A DNA stretch of 64,000 nucleotides from Nitrospirota bacterium (GTDB lineage Bacteria; Nitrospirota; Thermodesulfovibrionia; Thermodesulfovibrionales; JdFR-88): positions 2,219-66,218 of the forward strand of contig JAJYIR010000012.1 in assembly GCA_021789935.1 (NCBI GenBank), given 5' to 3'. A model generated the notes under the pieces. It was not told where the DNA came from, searched no databases, and saw only the letters and a program-made list of their open reading frames with translations. How positions within the stretch are numbered: position 1 is the stretch's first letter; every line of letters starts with the position of its first letter. The position numbers were made by a program, and so were the translations under genes. Shown piece after piece: positions 38,445-48,170 of the stretch.

Positions 38445-39263
38445 ATGTCATTAGTAATCAACACGAACCTTTCATCGATCGACGCACAGCGGAACCTGAC
38501 TGTGACCGGGCAGGACCTTAAAGTAGCAATGCAGAGGCTTTCTTCGGGCCTCAGGGTCAACTCGGCAAAAGACGACTCCGCCGGTTTTCAGATCGCAAGC
38601 AGCATGACCTCACAGATAAACGGTCTGAACCAGGCGGTAAGCAACACCAACAACGCGAACTCCATGGTGCAGACCATGATGGGCGCCATGAACCAGATCC
38701 AGGACTCCCTGCAGAGGATGAACGAGCTTGCGGTAGAAGCCTCTGACGGCAGCACCCAGAACGACCTCACATCAATCAACGACGAGTACCAGGCGCTCAT
38801 GTCGGAAATAGACACTATCGCCAACCAGACCAAGTTCAACGGCACGAACGTGCTCAACGGCTCTACTGCGATAACATTCCAGATAGGTTATGAAAACAGC
38901 TCGAACGACCAGCTGGCAGTGACCACTGTCAACGAGACGTCCACCGCTCTGACCATAAACAGTACGGATCTGTTATCACAGGCGAACGCCCAATCGGCCA
39001 TCAGCTCGATTTCGAGCGCTCTCAACAAGCTCAGCCTGGATGATGGAGCGCTGGGCGCGGTCAGCAACAGGCTGGACACCCAGGCGGCCAACCTCCAGAA
39101 CGTTTCAGAGAACACCACGGCCGCACGGTCCCAGATAGTAGACGCAGACTTCGCCGCGGAGACCGCTGAAATGACGAAAGATACGGTCTTGCAGCAGGCC
39201 GGTATATCGGTCCTGGCTCAGGCCAACCAGCAGCCGCAGATGGTGCTTAAACTGTTGCAGTAA
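38445..39263 (+). CDS. fliC: Flagellin (short, D0/D1 only, 272 aa)
   Basis: INTN, RLSSGLRVNSAKDDSAG, T.FNG, LGA..NRL and DADFAAE motifs. Start moved to ATG 38445 after GGAGG. Confidence 0.95.
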   Translation: MSLVINTNLSSIDAQRNLTVTGQDLKVAMQRLSSGLRVNSAKDDSAGFQIASSMTSQINGLNQAVSNTNNANSMVQTMMGAMNQIQDSLQRMNELAVEASDGSTQNDLTSINDEYQALMSEIDTIANQTKFNGTNVLNGSTAITFQIGYENSSNDQLAVTTVNETSTALTINSTDLLSQANAQSAISSISSALNKLSLDDGALGAVSNRLDTQAANLQNVSENTTAARSQIVDADFAAETAEMTKDTVLQQAGISVLAQANQQPQMVLKLLQ

Positions 39264-39272
39264 AAGAAACCT

Positions 39273-39314
39273 GGTGGAAGGCGATTTGAAAAAATCTCCT
39301 TCCACCCCTTTTTT
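39273..39314 (+). terminator. Intrinsic terminator-like hairpin after fliC
   Basis: GGTGGAAGG...CCTTCCACC stem followed by CCTTTTTT. Confidence 0.6.
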
Positions 39315-39326
39315 AAGGGGTGAGTT

Positions 39327-39647
39327 ATGGAAATCAAGCCGTCTAATCAGTCTGGGGTGAACCCTGCTTCCGGATTGGCGAAAGCTGCAACGGAGGCTGA
39401 ACGGACGCAATCCGCCGGCAAGGGGCAAAAGGCAGCAGAGGAAAGCTCGAGGAAGAAGGCCGTGCAGCAGACCGCGACGCAGGCGCAGGACAAGACGATT
39501 TTTGCATTGGACAGCGAAAACAGGGTGGTCATACAAAGGCTTGACGCAAATGGCAAGGTCCTCCAGCAGATACCGCCGGAGGAGTTCGGCCCGGTGGCCA
39601 AGGAGCTTAAGGCGCTTATGAAAAACATTTTCAGCAGGGAGGCGTAA
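39327..39647 (+). CDS. flaG: Flagellar protein FlaG
   Basis: VVIQ.LD..GKVLQQIPPEE motif; lies between fliC and fliD. Confidence 0.85.
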   Translation: MEIKPSNQSGVNPASGLAKAATEAERTQSAGKGQKAAEESSRKKAVQQTATQAQDKTIFALDSENRVVIQRLDANGKVLQQIPPEEFGPVAKELKALMKNIFSREA

Positions 39648-39650
39648 AAA

Positions 39651-41156
39651 ATGGCCGAATGGACGGGTCTGGTATCAAGTTCCACCGGTATGTATTCGGG
39701 GCTTAACATCTCCCAGATAGTCAGTACTATTGTGCAGGCGGACAGCCAGCCCCTGACCGACCTGCAACACAAGGTTAGCGCGGACAACGCCCAGATAAGC
39801 GCATACGGAAGCCTGGCAAGCTCCCTTTCGAGCTTGAATACGCTGTCGCAGAGCATGAGTCTACCCACCATTTACGGGATGGCGGCCACCTCCTCGGACA
39901 GTTCCGTACTTACGGCAACGGCAAGCTCTACCGCAGCTTCCGGCACTTACAGCATAACGGTAAACCAGCTCGCGCAGTCGCAGAGCATATATTCGGCGGG
40001 TCTGGCCTCGGAGACTTCCACGGCTGTAGCCAACTCAGGAGACACGGGGTTTCAAATCCAGGCAGGTAACGGGAATTCAGCCTCCATAACATACGATTCG
40101 GCAAATAACGTCTTTGACTTTGGAGGACAGACGTACTCCAATAGCCTCGATGGAGTGATGAACGCAATCAACGCGGCAAGCCAGGCTGACAGCCTTGGGG
40201 TGGCCGCATCAATCATAAATAACGGGTCCACATACCAGCTTGTCTTATCCTCAAACAGTGCCGGTGCGGCAAACAGAATGAAGATAATGGTCGAGCCGTC
40301 GGGAAGCTCATCATATGGTGACGCCACCGGCGCATCCGGAATCAACCAGCTCGCCTTCGACCCGACCTATAATACCGGCGGCAGTGTAAGCGGCTACGGA
40401 TCGTACACGAACATGCAGCAGTCCATGGCCGGCCTTGATGCCAGCTTCTCATTAAACGGCATCAGCGTAACCCGGCCCACGAATGACATTACCGATCTTG
40501 TAAGCGGGGTGACGATAAACCTTCTTCAGTCCAGCTCAAACCCGGTCAACCTGACCGTAGCTAACGACAACGCCGGGTTCACCACCCAGATAAACAGCTT
40601 TATCTCCACTTACAACACGGTCATGAGCGCAATAAACGGGGCCATAGGCAACCAGTCCAAGCAGGGCGCGCTTTACGGTGACAGCCTTACAAAAGATCTT
40701 CGCGGCACGCTCTATGACATGACTACGAATCCGTATAACGGGACCTCACTTGCGGCCCTTGGCTTAACGCACGATGATACCGGCAATCTTGCGCTCAATA
40801 CGACAGCATGGAATGCCGCGCTCGCCGCGGACCCAAACCAGGTGCTTGGCGCGATAAACCAGATGGCCTCATCGCTCCAGTCCACGATGAATTCTTACAT
40901 AAACAATATTATTCCTAATGCCGAATCAGGGTTGAACAGCCAGATATCGCTCTACCAGCAGCAGGAGCAGCAGCAGCAAAACGAGCTCAATACCATACAG
41001 CAGGCGCTGACGCTGGAGTTCCAGAACATGGAGCAGACCCTCAGCACGATTGACTCGCAAAGCAGCGCCATGTCAAACATGTTGAGTTCAGGCTCGACTT
41101 CCTCATCCACATCGACCGGCACAAGTTCAAGCAGCAGCGGAGGGACCACGGCATGA
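39651..41156 (+). CDS. fliD: Filament cap protein FliD
   Basis: SGLNI.QIV, G.YSITV.QLAQ, AGLDA.F.LNG...TRPTN.I.D..SGVTINL and L.GDS motifs. Confidence 0.88.
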   Translation: MAEWTGLVSSSTGMYSGLNISQIVSTIVQADSQPLTDLQHKVSADNAQISAYGSLASSLSSLNTLSQSMSLPTIYGMAATSSDSSVLTATASSTAASGTYSITVNQLAQSQSIYSAGLASETSTAVANSGDTGFQIQAGNGNSASITYDSANNVFDFGGQTYSNSLDGVMNAINAASQADSLGVAASIINNGSTYQLVLSSNSAGAANRMKIMVEPSGSSSYGDATGASGINQLAFDPTYNTGGSVSGYGSYTNMQQSMAGLDASFSLNGISVTRPTNDITDLVSGVTINLLQSSSNPVNLTVANDNAGFTTQINSFISTYNTVMSAINGAIGNQSKQGALYGDSLTKDLRGTLYDMTTNPYNGTSLAALGLTHDDTGNLALNTTAWNAALAADPNQVLGAINQMASSLQSTMNSYINNIIPNAESGLNSQISLYQQQEQQQQNELNTIQQALTLEFQNMEQTLSTIDSQSSAMSNMLSSGSTSSSTSTGTSSSSSGGTTA

Positions 41157-41524
41157 TAAGTCAGCAGTATGCAAGCAACGCGTACATGAAAACCATGGTA
41201 AACACATCGGCATCCAAGCTGGATCTGGTCATAATGCTCTATGACGGCTCGATAGAGTTCCTCAAAAAGTCCGTGTTTTACATGAACCAGAAGGACGTTG
41301 GTAAAAAGCTCCTTTATATGGACAAGGCCATGGCCATAATACATCACCTTATGGCGACCCTGAACATGGAGGCGGGCGGCGAGATAGCCCAAAATCTGCA
41401 AAAGCTGTATATGTACATGCTTACGGAGCTTACCATTGCGAATATAAGGAACGACGCAGAGAAGATAAACCGTGTGGAGGGGCTCCTTAACACTCTCCGG
41501 GAAGGCTGGAAAGGGATAAGATGA
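41153..41524 (+). CDS. fliS: Flagellin chaperone FliS
   Basis: LVIMLYDG, GGEIAQNL..LY.YM and LREGW motifs. Confidence 0.92.
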   Translation: MISQQYASNAYMKTMVNTSASKLDLVIMLYDGSIEFLKKSVFYMNQKDVGKKLLYMDKAMAIIHHLMATLNMEAGGEIAQNLQKLYMYMLTELTIANIRNDAEKINRVEGLLNTLREGWKGIR

Positions 41525-41715
41525 CCATAAATCCGTTCCAGATAAACCAGATGATGCAGACGTACGGAAGGACGCTCAAGCTGTCCCCGGGGACTCTGCT
41601 TGAAAAAGACCAGCCCGAGCCCGAGGATGTCGTAATGATCTCATCGGAGGCCAAGAAAAAGCAGATTCTCGAGGAGGCCAAGAGCGCGGTCCTTGAAAGG
41701 ATAAGACGTGCCTGA
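41521..41715 (+). CDS. Small flagellar-associated hypothetical protein (resembles the DVU0524-type FlgM-associated family)
   Basis: MTINPFQINQMMQTYG...DVVMISSEAKKKQ; translationally coupled to fliS. Confidence 0.5.
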   Translation: MTINPFQINQMMQTYGRTLKLSPGTLLEKDQPEPEDVVMISSEAKKKQILEEAKSAVLERIRRA

Positions 41716-41763
41716 TAAAAAACACCGGACAGTTGTCGCCGGAATTTTTTTGGGCTTGCGATT

Positions 41764-42360
41764 GTGAATAAAAAGGATTTCAGGATCCTGATCGTAGACG
41801 ATGACGATATAGCCCGCGAGGTTGTGGGCTCCGTCTTGTCCAGGGAGGGATATTCCGTGCTGTCCTCGCGAGACGGGCTTCAGGCCATAAGCACGCTTAT
41901 GACGGAGGAGGTTGGAATGGTCATAACGGATTACCGGATGCCGGGAGCCGACGGGCTGGAGGTCCTCAAATCCGCTGTCAGGGCAAGCCCCGACATCTCT
42001 GTGGTCATAATAACCGCTTACGGGACACTTGATGGCACTTTGGAGGCCATTGCGGAGGGCGCTTATGATTATCTCACCAAGCCCTTCAAGATACAGCAGA
42101 TAATCATAGTGGCCGACAGGGCTTTCCGCAGAGCGAGGCTGATAAAGGAGAACCACGATCTGAGGCAGCAGCTCAGGGAAACTTACAGGGACATAAAACT
42201 CCTCAAGACCGTCTCTGACGGCGGAAATCCCTGCATCACGGCGGATTGGATAGAGAAGGTTGAAAGGCTGAAGTCCAGCAACATACTCAGCCTTGCGGAA
42301 GCGGAAATCCTGAAAGAAAGGTTGATCAGGGGGGATGGAAGGCAGGATTTTAATAGTTGA
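41764..42360 (+). CDS. Response regulator (REC plus short coiled-coil tail)
   Basis: ILIVDDD, ITDYRMP, ITAYG and YLTKPF motifs. GTG start. Confidence 0.85.
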   Translation: MNKKDFRILIVDDDDIAREVVGSVLSREGYSVLSSRDGLQAISTLMTEEVGMVITDYRMPGADGLEVLKSAVRASPDISVVIITAYGTLDGTLEAIAEGAYDYLTKPFKIQQIIIVADRAFRRARLIKENHDLRQQLRETYRDIKLLKTVSDGGNPCITADWIEKVERLKSSNILSLAEAEILKERLIRGDGRQDFNS

Positions 42361-43819
42361 CGACGATCCCGTAGTCCGGGAAGTCCTGGATCAGATAATA
42401 GCGCGAGTGGCCGCGCAAAAGCCTGACGTGGCCCGTGACGGCATGGAGGGGCTCCAGAAGGCGCAAGAAAATGATTACGACATAATCTTCACGGACCTGA
42501 AGATGCCCCGTCTGGGCGGGATGGACTTTCTCAAGGAGATAAAAAAGATAAGGCCGGACATTTCGGTGGTGGTGATCACCGGGTTCCCGACGGTGGAAAA
42601 CGCTGTCAGCGCGATGAAGGAGGGCGCCGATGATTTCATAACCAAGCCCTTCAGCATAGATGCCGTCCAGAACGTGATCGGCAGATTGCAGGGCGCAAGG
42701 AAACTCAGCCGGGAAAGCGGCGGGCAAAACCTTTCTCCCGAATCGGTAAAACGGTTGAACTCGGACCTTTTTTCGAAGATACAAAAGATAAACCTCCTTC
42801 ATTCCGTCAGCTCCGAGCTGGACGGGATAAGCAGCAACCTCGAGGTCTATGAGAAGGTTGTTGGCATGACATCAAAACTCCTTTTCGCAAGGGAGGTCTC
42901 ATTCGGTATCGTGGAGTCCGGATACCTGAAGATAAAGAAATCGAAGGGCACCGGGGAAAGTGACGTGCCCATAGCGGGCAGTTTCCTGGAGAAGGTCATC
43001 AGGAACGGGAGGCATTACCTGGCGCCTGCCGGGGAGATCAACCCGCATTCGGGCAACCTCCTTACAGCCCCCATGCTTTCGATCCCATTTTCCATAAATG
43101 GAGAGGTCTATGGCATCCTTAGCGCCTCGGACAAGACCGATGGGACGTGTTTCAGCGAGGACGAGATAGGGCTGGTCCTGACGTTCGCCAAAAAGGTGGG
43201 CCTTAGGATAGAGAACAATGCCCTCTACGACGTTTTCTACTCAAGCATGGTCAGCGCGCTTAAATCGCTTGTAATCAGCATAGAGGCAAGGGACTCCTAT
43301 ACCAAACAGCATTCCGAGCGCGTGACCGGATACGCTCTTCAGATAGCGGAGGTCATGAATCTGAGTCAGGAGGAAAAAGACGCCATAGGCTTTGGCGGAT
43401 ACCTGCATGACATTGGGAAAATAGGCGTGCGGGACAAAGTCCTGACGAAGCCCGGCGTTCTGGACGATGACGAGCTGGCGGAGATAAAGCTTCATCCCAT
43501 CATAGGGGACAACATAATGGCGCCGCTCAGGTTCCTCCCCAGGGAAAAAGCCCTCATCCGGCATCACCATGAAAGATTTGACGGCAAGGGTTACCCGGAC
43601 GGACTTGCCGGGGAGCAGATCCCTATTATAGTGCGGATACTTTCGGTTGCGGACACCTATGACGCCATGACCAGCGTGAGACCCTACAGATCTGCAAAGC
43701 CCCACCAGTCCGCAATGAAAGAGCTTATAAGGTGTTCCAATACCCAGTTCGACGGCGAGGTCGTCCAGGCATTCATCCGGACCCCGGCTGGCAAGGGCGT
43801 AAAACTAACGACTCCATGA
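42335..43819 (+). CDS. REC-GAF-HD-GYP c-di-GMP phosphodiesterase
   Basis: LHDIGK, HHERFDGKGYPDGL and VADTYDAM..RPYR motifs. Confidence 0.9.
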   Translation: MEGRILIVDDDPVVREVLDQIIARVAAQKPDVARDGMEGLQKAQENDYDIIFTDLKMPRLGGMDFLKEIKKIRPDISVVVITGFPTVENAVSAMKEGADDFITKPFSIDAVQNVIGRLQGARKLSRESGGQNLSPESVKRLNSDLFSKIQKINLLHSVSSELDGISSNLEVYEKVVGMTSKLLFAREVSFGIVESGYLKIKKSKGTGESDVPIAGSFLEKVIRNGRHYLAPAGEINPHSGNLLTAPMLSIPFSINGEVYGILSASDKTDGTCFSEDEIGLVLTFAKKVGLRIENNALYDVFYSSMVSALKSLVISIEARDSYTKQHSERVTGYALQIAEVMNLSQEEKDAIGFGGYLHDIGKIGVRDKVLTKPGVLDDDELAEIKLHPIIGDNIMAPLRFLPREKALIRHHHERFDGKGYPDGLAGEQIPIIVRILSVADTYDAMTSVRPYRSAKPHQSAMKELIRCSNTQFDGEVVQAFIRTPAGKGVKLTTP

Positions 43820-45405
43820 GCGCGCTGGATGATATAATGGAGAAATTCCATAATAATATGCCGGTCGCAACAGTTGCCGGTGCGGACAGGAAAGGCCAAA
43901 AACGTGCGGATATGGCTTCAAACGACAGAAAAAATATAGTTTTCATAGGCGGACCGCTTCCGGCCGGGGCGATCAGGTCTGCGTTCAGGTCCAGAAGAAG
44001 GAACTTCAGGCTCAGATTCGTCCCTGAGGCGGAGGCCACCGAGATATCAAGGGATGAGACCATTAGGGGTCTGTTCATAACCGCTCCGCTGCCCGGGGCG
44101 GACTGGCGTGAATTCATAAAGAAACTCAAGTTCCTGAACGGCCAGATCCCGGTGATCGTTTTGCAGGAGCAGGAGGACGAGGCCATGGCCTTGCAGGCGC
44201 TGGCCGAAGGGGCATATGACTGTGTTGCCATGGATTGGCCGGAGTTTGCGGAGAGGCTCCCGCATGTGTTTGAAAAGGCGGCTGCCCGCAGCGCATACGA
44301 CGCAAACAGGCACTGGCTTGAAAGCATAGTCTTCGAAAACCACACCAGATGGCTGGCTTTTTTCGACGCGATCACCGATTTCATTTTTATGGTGGATGAG
44401 AACGAAAGGATTTTGAAAATAAACTCGGCCCTGGCAAGTGCGTACGGAAAACACCCGAAAGACGTGACCGGTATGAAGTGGCATGATTTTCTAGGAGGTG
44501 AGCTTGCTGCGGAGCTTAAGGCGCTCAAGAGAAAAAAAGGGTCCCAGCCGGCGGAACGGAAGATAAAGGACGATTATTATCTTGTAAGCGTTTTCCCTTT
44601 GCGCTATGAGGAACAGGACCTGACCATCTATTTTCTCAAGAACATAACCGAGATGAGGCGGCTCAAGGACCAGCTCTTCTATTCCGACAAACTGGCATCC
44701 ATAGGGCTGCTGGTCTCCGGGGTCGCCCATGAGATAAACAACCCGCTTACCGGGATAATCGCTTACACGGAACTTTTAAAGATGAGGGCCGTTGACGAGG
44801 ATCAGCACGTGGTCGCAGGCAAGATAATGGCGAGCGCGGAGAGGTGCAGGAAGATCGTGGAAAACCTGCTCACTTTCTCGAGACAGCGCACCCTTGCAAA
44901 GAGCTTCGAGTGCATAAACGACATTATAGACCGCACGGTAGAGCTTCGCAGTTACTGGCTCAGGCTGGGCGGGGTTGAGATAGTCAGGGACTTTGAAGCC
45001 GTGCCCGCCCTGTTCATGGACACGCAGCAGATGCAGCAGATGCTTTTAAATGTCCTGATAAACGCCGAACAGGCCATCGCCGGCGCCGGGGTGGAAAAAG
45101 GCAGGATAGAGTTCAAGACATCATTTGATCCTGGCAGCCGGAAAATGACCGTCAGGGTAACGGACAACGGCACCGGCATACCGGAGCAGATAATTGACAA
45201 GATATTTGATCCTTTTTTTACCACCAAGCCGGTGGGCATCGGAACCGGCCTTGGCCTTTCCATTTCCCACGGCATCATAGGGGAGCACGGAGGCAGCATC
45301 AGGGTGGAGAGGCCGCCGGAAGGTGGATGCCGCTTCATAATAGAGGTGCCCCAAAAGCAGACCGATGAGATCATGAAGGAACAGGCAAAAGAGGATACCC
45401 GGTGA
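43816..45405 (+). CDS. Cytoplasmic sensor histidine kinase (degenerate REC, PAS, HisKA, HATPase)
   Basis: [19 protein letters not shown] and [15 protein letters not shown] motifs. Start is 43816 or 43912. Confidence 0.88.
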   Translation: MSALDDIMEKFHNNMPVATVAGADRKGQKRADMASNDRKNIVFIGGPLPAGAIRSAFRSRRRNFRLRFVPEAEATEISRDETIRGLFITAPLPGADWREFIKKLKFLNGQIPVIVLQEQEDEAMALQALAEGAYDCVAMDWPEFAERLPHVFEKAAARSAYDANRHWLESIVFENHTRWLAFFDAITDFIFMVDENERILKINSALASAYGKHPKDVTGMKWHDFLGGELAAELKALKRKKGSQPAERKIKDDYYLVSVFPLRYEEQDLTIYFLKNITEMRRLKDQLFYSDKLASIGLLVSGVAHEINNPLTGIIAYTELLKMRAVDEDQHVVAGKIMASAERCRKIVENLLTFSRQRTLAKSFECINDIIDRTVELRSYWLRLGGVEIVRDFEAVPALFMDTQQMQQMLLNVLINAEQAIAGAGVEKGRIEFKTSFDPGSRKMTVRVTDNGTGIPEQIIDKIFDPFFTTKPVGIGTGLGLSISHGIIGEHGGSIRVERPPEGGCRFIIEVPQKQTDEIMKEQAKEDTR

Positions 45406-45421
45406 TGGAAAGGGCAGAGAA

Positions 45422-46276
45422 ATGCTGATCATAATCGGCGCCATAGTGGTCCTGGTATCGGTAGGCGGCGGGTTCCTGATTGAACATGGCAACCCCAGCA
45501 TACTGTGGGACCCGGCCGAGTTGCTGATAATCTGTGGGGCGGCCCTGGGCTCGTTCGTGCTGGCCTCCCCCTCCAAGCTCCTTGCGGAAGTGCTGAAAAA
45601 TGTGCGCGGCTCAGTGGGGGGTGGCAGGAAACAGAGCAAGAAGAAGCAGCTCGACCTGCTCATCCTGCTGTACAGGCTTTTTCACAAGGTAAGGAAAGAG
45701 GGGCTGGTTTCCATAGAGTCCGACATAGAGAAGCCGGGTGAAAGCCCGATATTCAAGACCTACGAAACGGGGCACTCAAACCAGGATGTTATCGATTTCA
45801 TATGCGACAACCTGAAGGTGATAATAACCACGAACGTGCCCGCGCATGAGCTTGAGACCCTTATGGAACTGGAGATAGAGACCCGGCAGCACGAGGCCAT
45901 GGGGCCGTCAAGGGGCCTGGCCAAGCTGGCCGACGCCCTTCCGGGTTTTGGCATAGTGGCGGCGGTCCTTGGGGTCGTCCTTACGATGGGCCAGATAGAC
46001 CAGCCCCCGGCCGTGTTGGGGCATGATATAGGCTCAGCGCTCACCGGGACCTTCCTGGGGGTCCTCTTGAGCTACGGTTTTGTGGGCCCGTTGGCCACCA
46101 ACCTCGAACACATGGCGCAAAGCGAAGAGATAGATTTTCAGGTGGTAAAAGTTGCGATAGTGGCCTTCGTGGGCGGCGCGGCCCCGCAGATAGCCGTCGA
46201 GTTTGGCCGGAGGGCCATCCCCGGGGATAACTGCCCCTCATTCAACGAGCTGGAAAAGGAGCTCAGAGGCAAATGA
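45422..46276 (+). CDS. motA: Flagellar stator MotA
   Basis: [30 protein letters not shown] and AVEFGRR motifs (enterobacterial H+-type subfamily). Confidence 0.93.
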   Translation: MLIIIGAIVVLVSVGGGFLIEHGNPSILWDPAELLIICGAALGSFVLASPSKLLAEVLKNVRGSVGGGRKQSKKKQLDLLILLYRLFHKVRKEGLVSIESDIEKPGESPIFKTYETGHSNQDVIDFICDNLKVIITTNVPAHELETLMELEIETRQHEAMGPSRGLAKLADALPGFGIVAAVLGVVLTMGQIDQPPAVLGHDIGSALTGTFLGVLLSYGFVGPLATNLEHMAQSEEIDFQVVKVAIVAFVGGAAPQIAVEFGRRAIPGDNCPSFNELEKELRGK

Positions 46277-47070
46277 ACGACGGCGGCAAGATTATTATCA
46301 GGAAAAAAGTGAAGAGTAGACACGCGGAGGGGCATAGCGGCGCATGGAAGGTGGCGTATGCCGACTTCGTGACCGCTATGATGGCCTTTTTCCTCCTGAT
46401 GTGGCTCATAACGATGGTCTCCCCCGAAAAGAGGGCCAGGGTCGCCCAGTATTTCAAGCAGTTCAGCATCTTTACTAAAACCGGGGAGTCCTTCATGAAC
46501 AAATCCAGCAGCGTCTTCGACGAATCCGGCTCCAATGCATCGAAGATAGACCTGGATATGAAAAAAAATTTTCAGGCCCAGAGGGGCGGCATGGACAGCC
46601 CCCAGCAGATAATGAAAAATCTGCAGCTTGCTATCCATAAGCAGCTGGGGACTGCCAATGACCAGATAAAGGTGGATATCTATGAAGGCGGAGTGCGCAT
46701 CCAGATAATGGACAGTAAGGGCAGGCCGATGTTCGATTCAGGGTCTGCAAACCCGACCCCCTATGCCAAAAAAGTGCTGGAGGTTATCGGGGAATACATA
46801 AAGGCCATGCCAAACAGGGTGGCCATTGAAGGCCATACGGACGCCCTCCCATATGTAAAAGGCGACCGGACGAACTGGGACCTTTCCACCGAAAGGGCGC
46901 TCTCCACAAGGAGGGTGCTTCAGGTTTACGGCCTTGAGCCGGCGCGCGTATCGAGGGTTGCGGGATATGCGGACACCGTCCCGCTTGTCAAGGGGGACCC
47001 CCTGGACCCGAGAAACAGAAGGATCAGTATCATACTGCTCTTTGGCGGTACCTATCACAAGCCGGGCTGA
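46273..47070 (+). CDS. motB: Flagellar stator MotB
   Basis: WKVAYADFVTAMMAFFL, EGHTD, NWDLSTERA and NRRISI motifs. Confidence 0.95.
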   Translation: MNDGGKIIIRKKVKSRHAEGHSGAWKVAYADFVTAMMAFFLLMWLITMVSPEKRARVAQYFKQFSIFTKTGESFMNKSSSVFDESGSNASKIDLDMKKNFQAQRGGMDSPQQIMKNLQLAIHKQLGTANDQIKVDIYEGGVRIQIMDSKGRPMFDSGSANPTPYAKKVLEVIGEYIKAMPNRVAIEGHTDALPYVKGDRTNWDLSTERALSTRRVLQVYGLEPARVSRVAGYADTVPLVKGDPLDPRNRRISIILLFGGTYHKPG

Positions 47071-47092
47071 CATACAGAAATTTTTTAATTGA

Positions 47093-47968
47093 ATGGACAA
47101 AAACAGAAGGTTTTACCTTAGGATATATCCGTCAAAAACGGACCCTGTCAAACTCGCCTTCAAGAGGGAGGAACTAAGGCAGGTAATCCCTTACGTTCGC
47201 GTAAAGGACATCAGCATCGGCGGTATCGGCATCGAGATTTCCGATTCGGTGCCTGGGCACGAAGGTCTTTTTCTTCCTGGCACAAAAATAGAGGAAATCG
47301 GCATTGCCCTCCCTTTCGAAGGGCCGTGCATTTTTTCGGGCGTTGTGCGGTTCATGTATGAGGCATTAAGGGGAATAGAGTTTCTCCTGGACCATGTAGA
47401 GCAGAAAAAGATTGCCAGGTACATATATATGAGGGAAATGGAGATGCTTGGAAGAAACACCTCCAAATGGGCAGGAGAGCCCGAAACGGGCCTTTTTAAT
47501 GAGAAGCGGTACAAGTGGATAATGGATATGGAAGCCCTCAATGCCGGCAACCCCTTGCTTAAGCATGAGGCCGGAAAGAAAAAGATACTCGTGATAGACC
47601 ACAGCCCGGAAAGTATTGGGAATTACTGCTCGCTTCTGTCCACATGCAAGGCGTTTGAGGTATATTCCAGCGACTTTGCGAAGGCTGCGGAAATGGCGCT
47701 TGAGATAAAGCCGGACCTGATCCTGATGGATTTATCGGCTTCTGACCGGGAGGGGCTCCAGTGCCATACCATGAAACGGCTGAAGAGATACCCGGCAATC
47801 AGCCAGGTGCCTGTATTCATGGTGACTACCGGGAACAGGAAGGAAGCGGTGCTCACCGCCATGCGGTACGGGGCCGATGATTTTATAATCAAAACGGTCG
47901 GGGAGGAGTTCATCCTGGACAGGATAAAGACCTTCCTGGACGGGGATAAAGAGAAAAAACCCTGCTAG
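47093..47968 (+). CDS. PilZ-receiver fusion protein
   Basis: PilZ RxxxR (RFYLR) and DxSxxG (DISIGG); C-terminal REC (PDLILMD, GADDFIIK). Confidence 0.75.
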   Translation: MDKNRRFYLRIYPSKTDPVKLAFKREELRQVIPYVRVKDISIGGIGIEISDSVPGHEGLFLPGTKIEEIGIALPFEGPCIFSGVVRFMYEALRGIEFLLDHVEQKKIARYIYMREMEMLGRNTSKWAGEPETGLFNEKRYKWIMDMEALNAGNPLLKHEAGKKKILVIDHSPESIGNYCSLLSTCKAFEVYSSDFAKAAEMALEIKPDLILMDLSASDREGLQCHTMKRLKRYPAISQVPVFMVTTGNRKEAVLTAMRYGADDFIIKTVGEEFILDRIKTFLDGDKEKKPC

Positions 47969-48170
47969 TGTAGTGTCCCTAACAGTTCTTTATATTTGGC
48001 TCTGGAATGTTTTGGGCCGTCATTCCCGCGCAGGCGGGAATCCAATTTACAAAAACGTCAAAATGGATGCCCGATTAAGACACTCGGGCATGACGACCTT
48101 AGAGATGCTTATGTTTCTAAACCTTACTTGAAAGCTGTTATGTAAAGCTATTTACGGGACAGGACACTAG
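47965..48170. mobile_element. Putative MITE (non-autonomous IS derivative) bounded by CTAG
   Basis: Left end CTAGTGTAGTGTCCC and right end GGGACAGGACACTAG form a 13/15 inverted match. No coding capacity. Confidence 0.6.
48018..48095. repeat. Inverted dimer of CGTC-type REP palindromes (dRS3-like ATTCCC-N8-GGGAAT)
   Basis: CGTCATTCCCGCGCAGGCGGGAATCCA (48018-48044) and TGGATGCCCGA...TCGGGCATGACG (48064-48095). Confidence 0.75.

Noticed and set aside
40956-40980. CAG-rich run encoding QQQEQQQQ in fliD
   Set aside because: It is a short, imperfect repeat explained by the Gln-for-Lys/Arg bias in the coiled coil.
331-47070. Absence of flgBCDE, fliEFGHIJK and MCP genes as a sign of a defective flagellum
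   Set aside because: These genes are commonly in separate operons outside a 64-kb window, and all genes present look intact.
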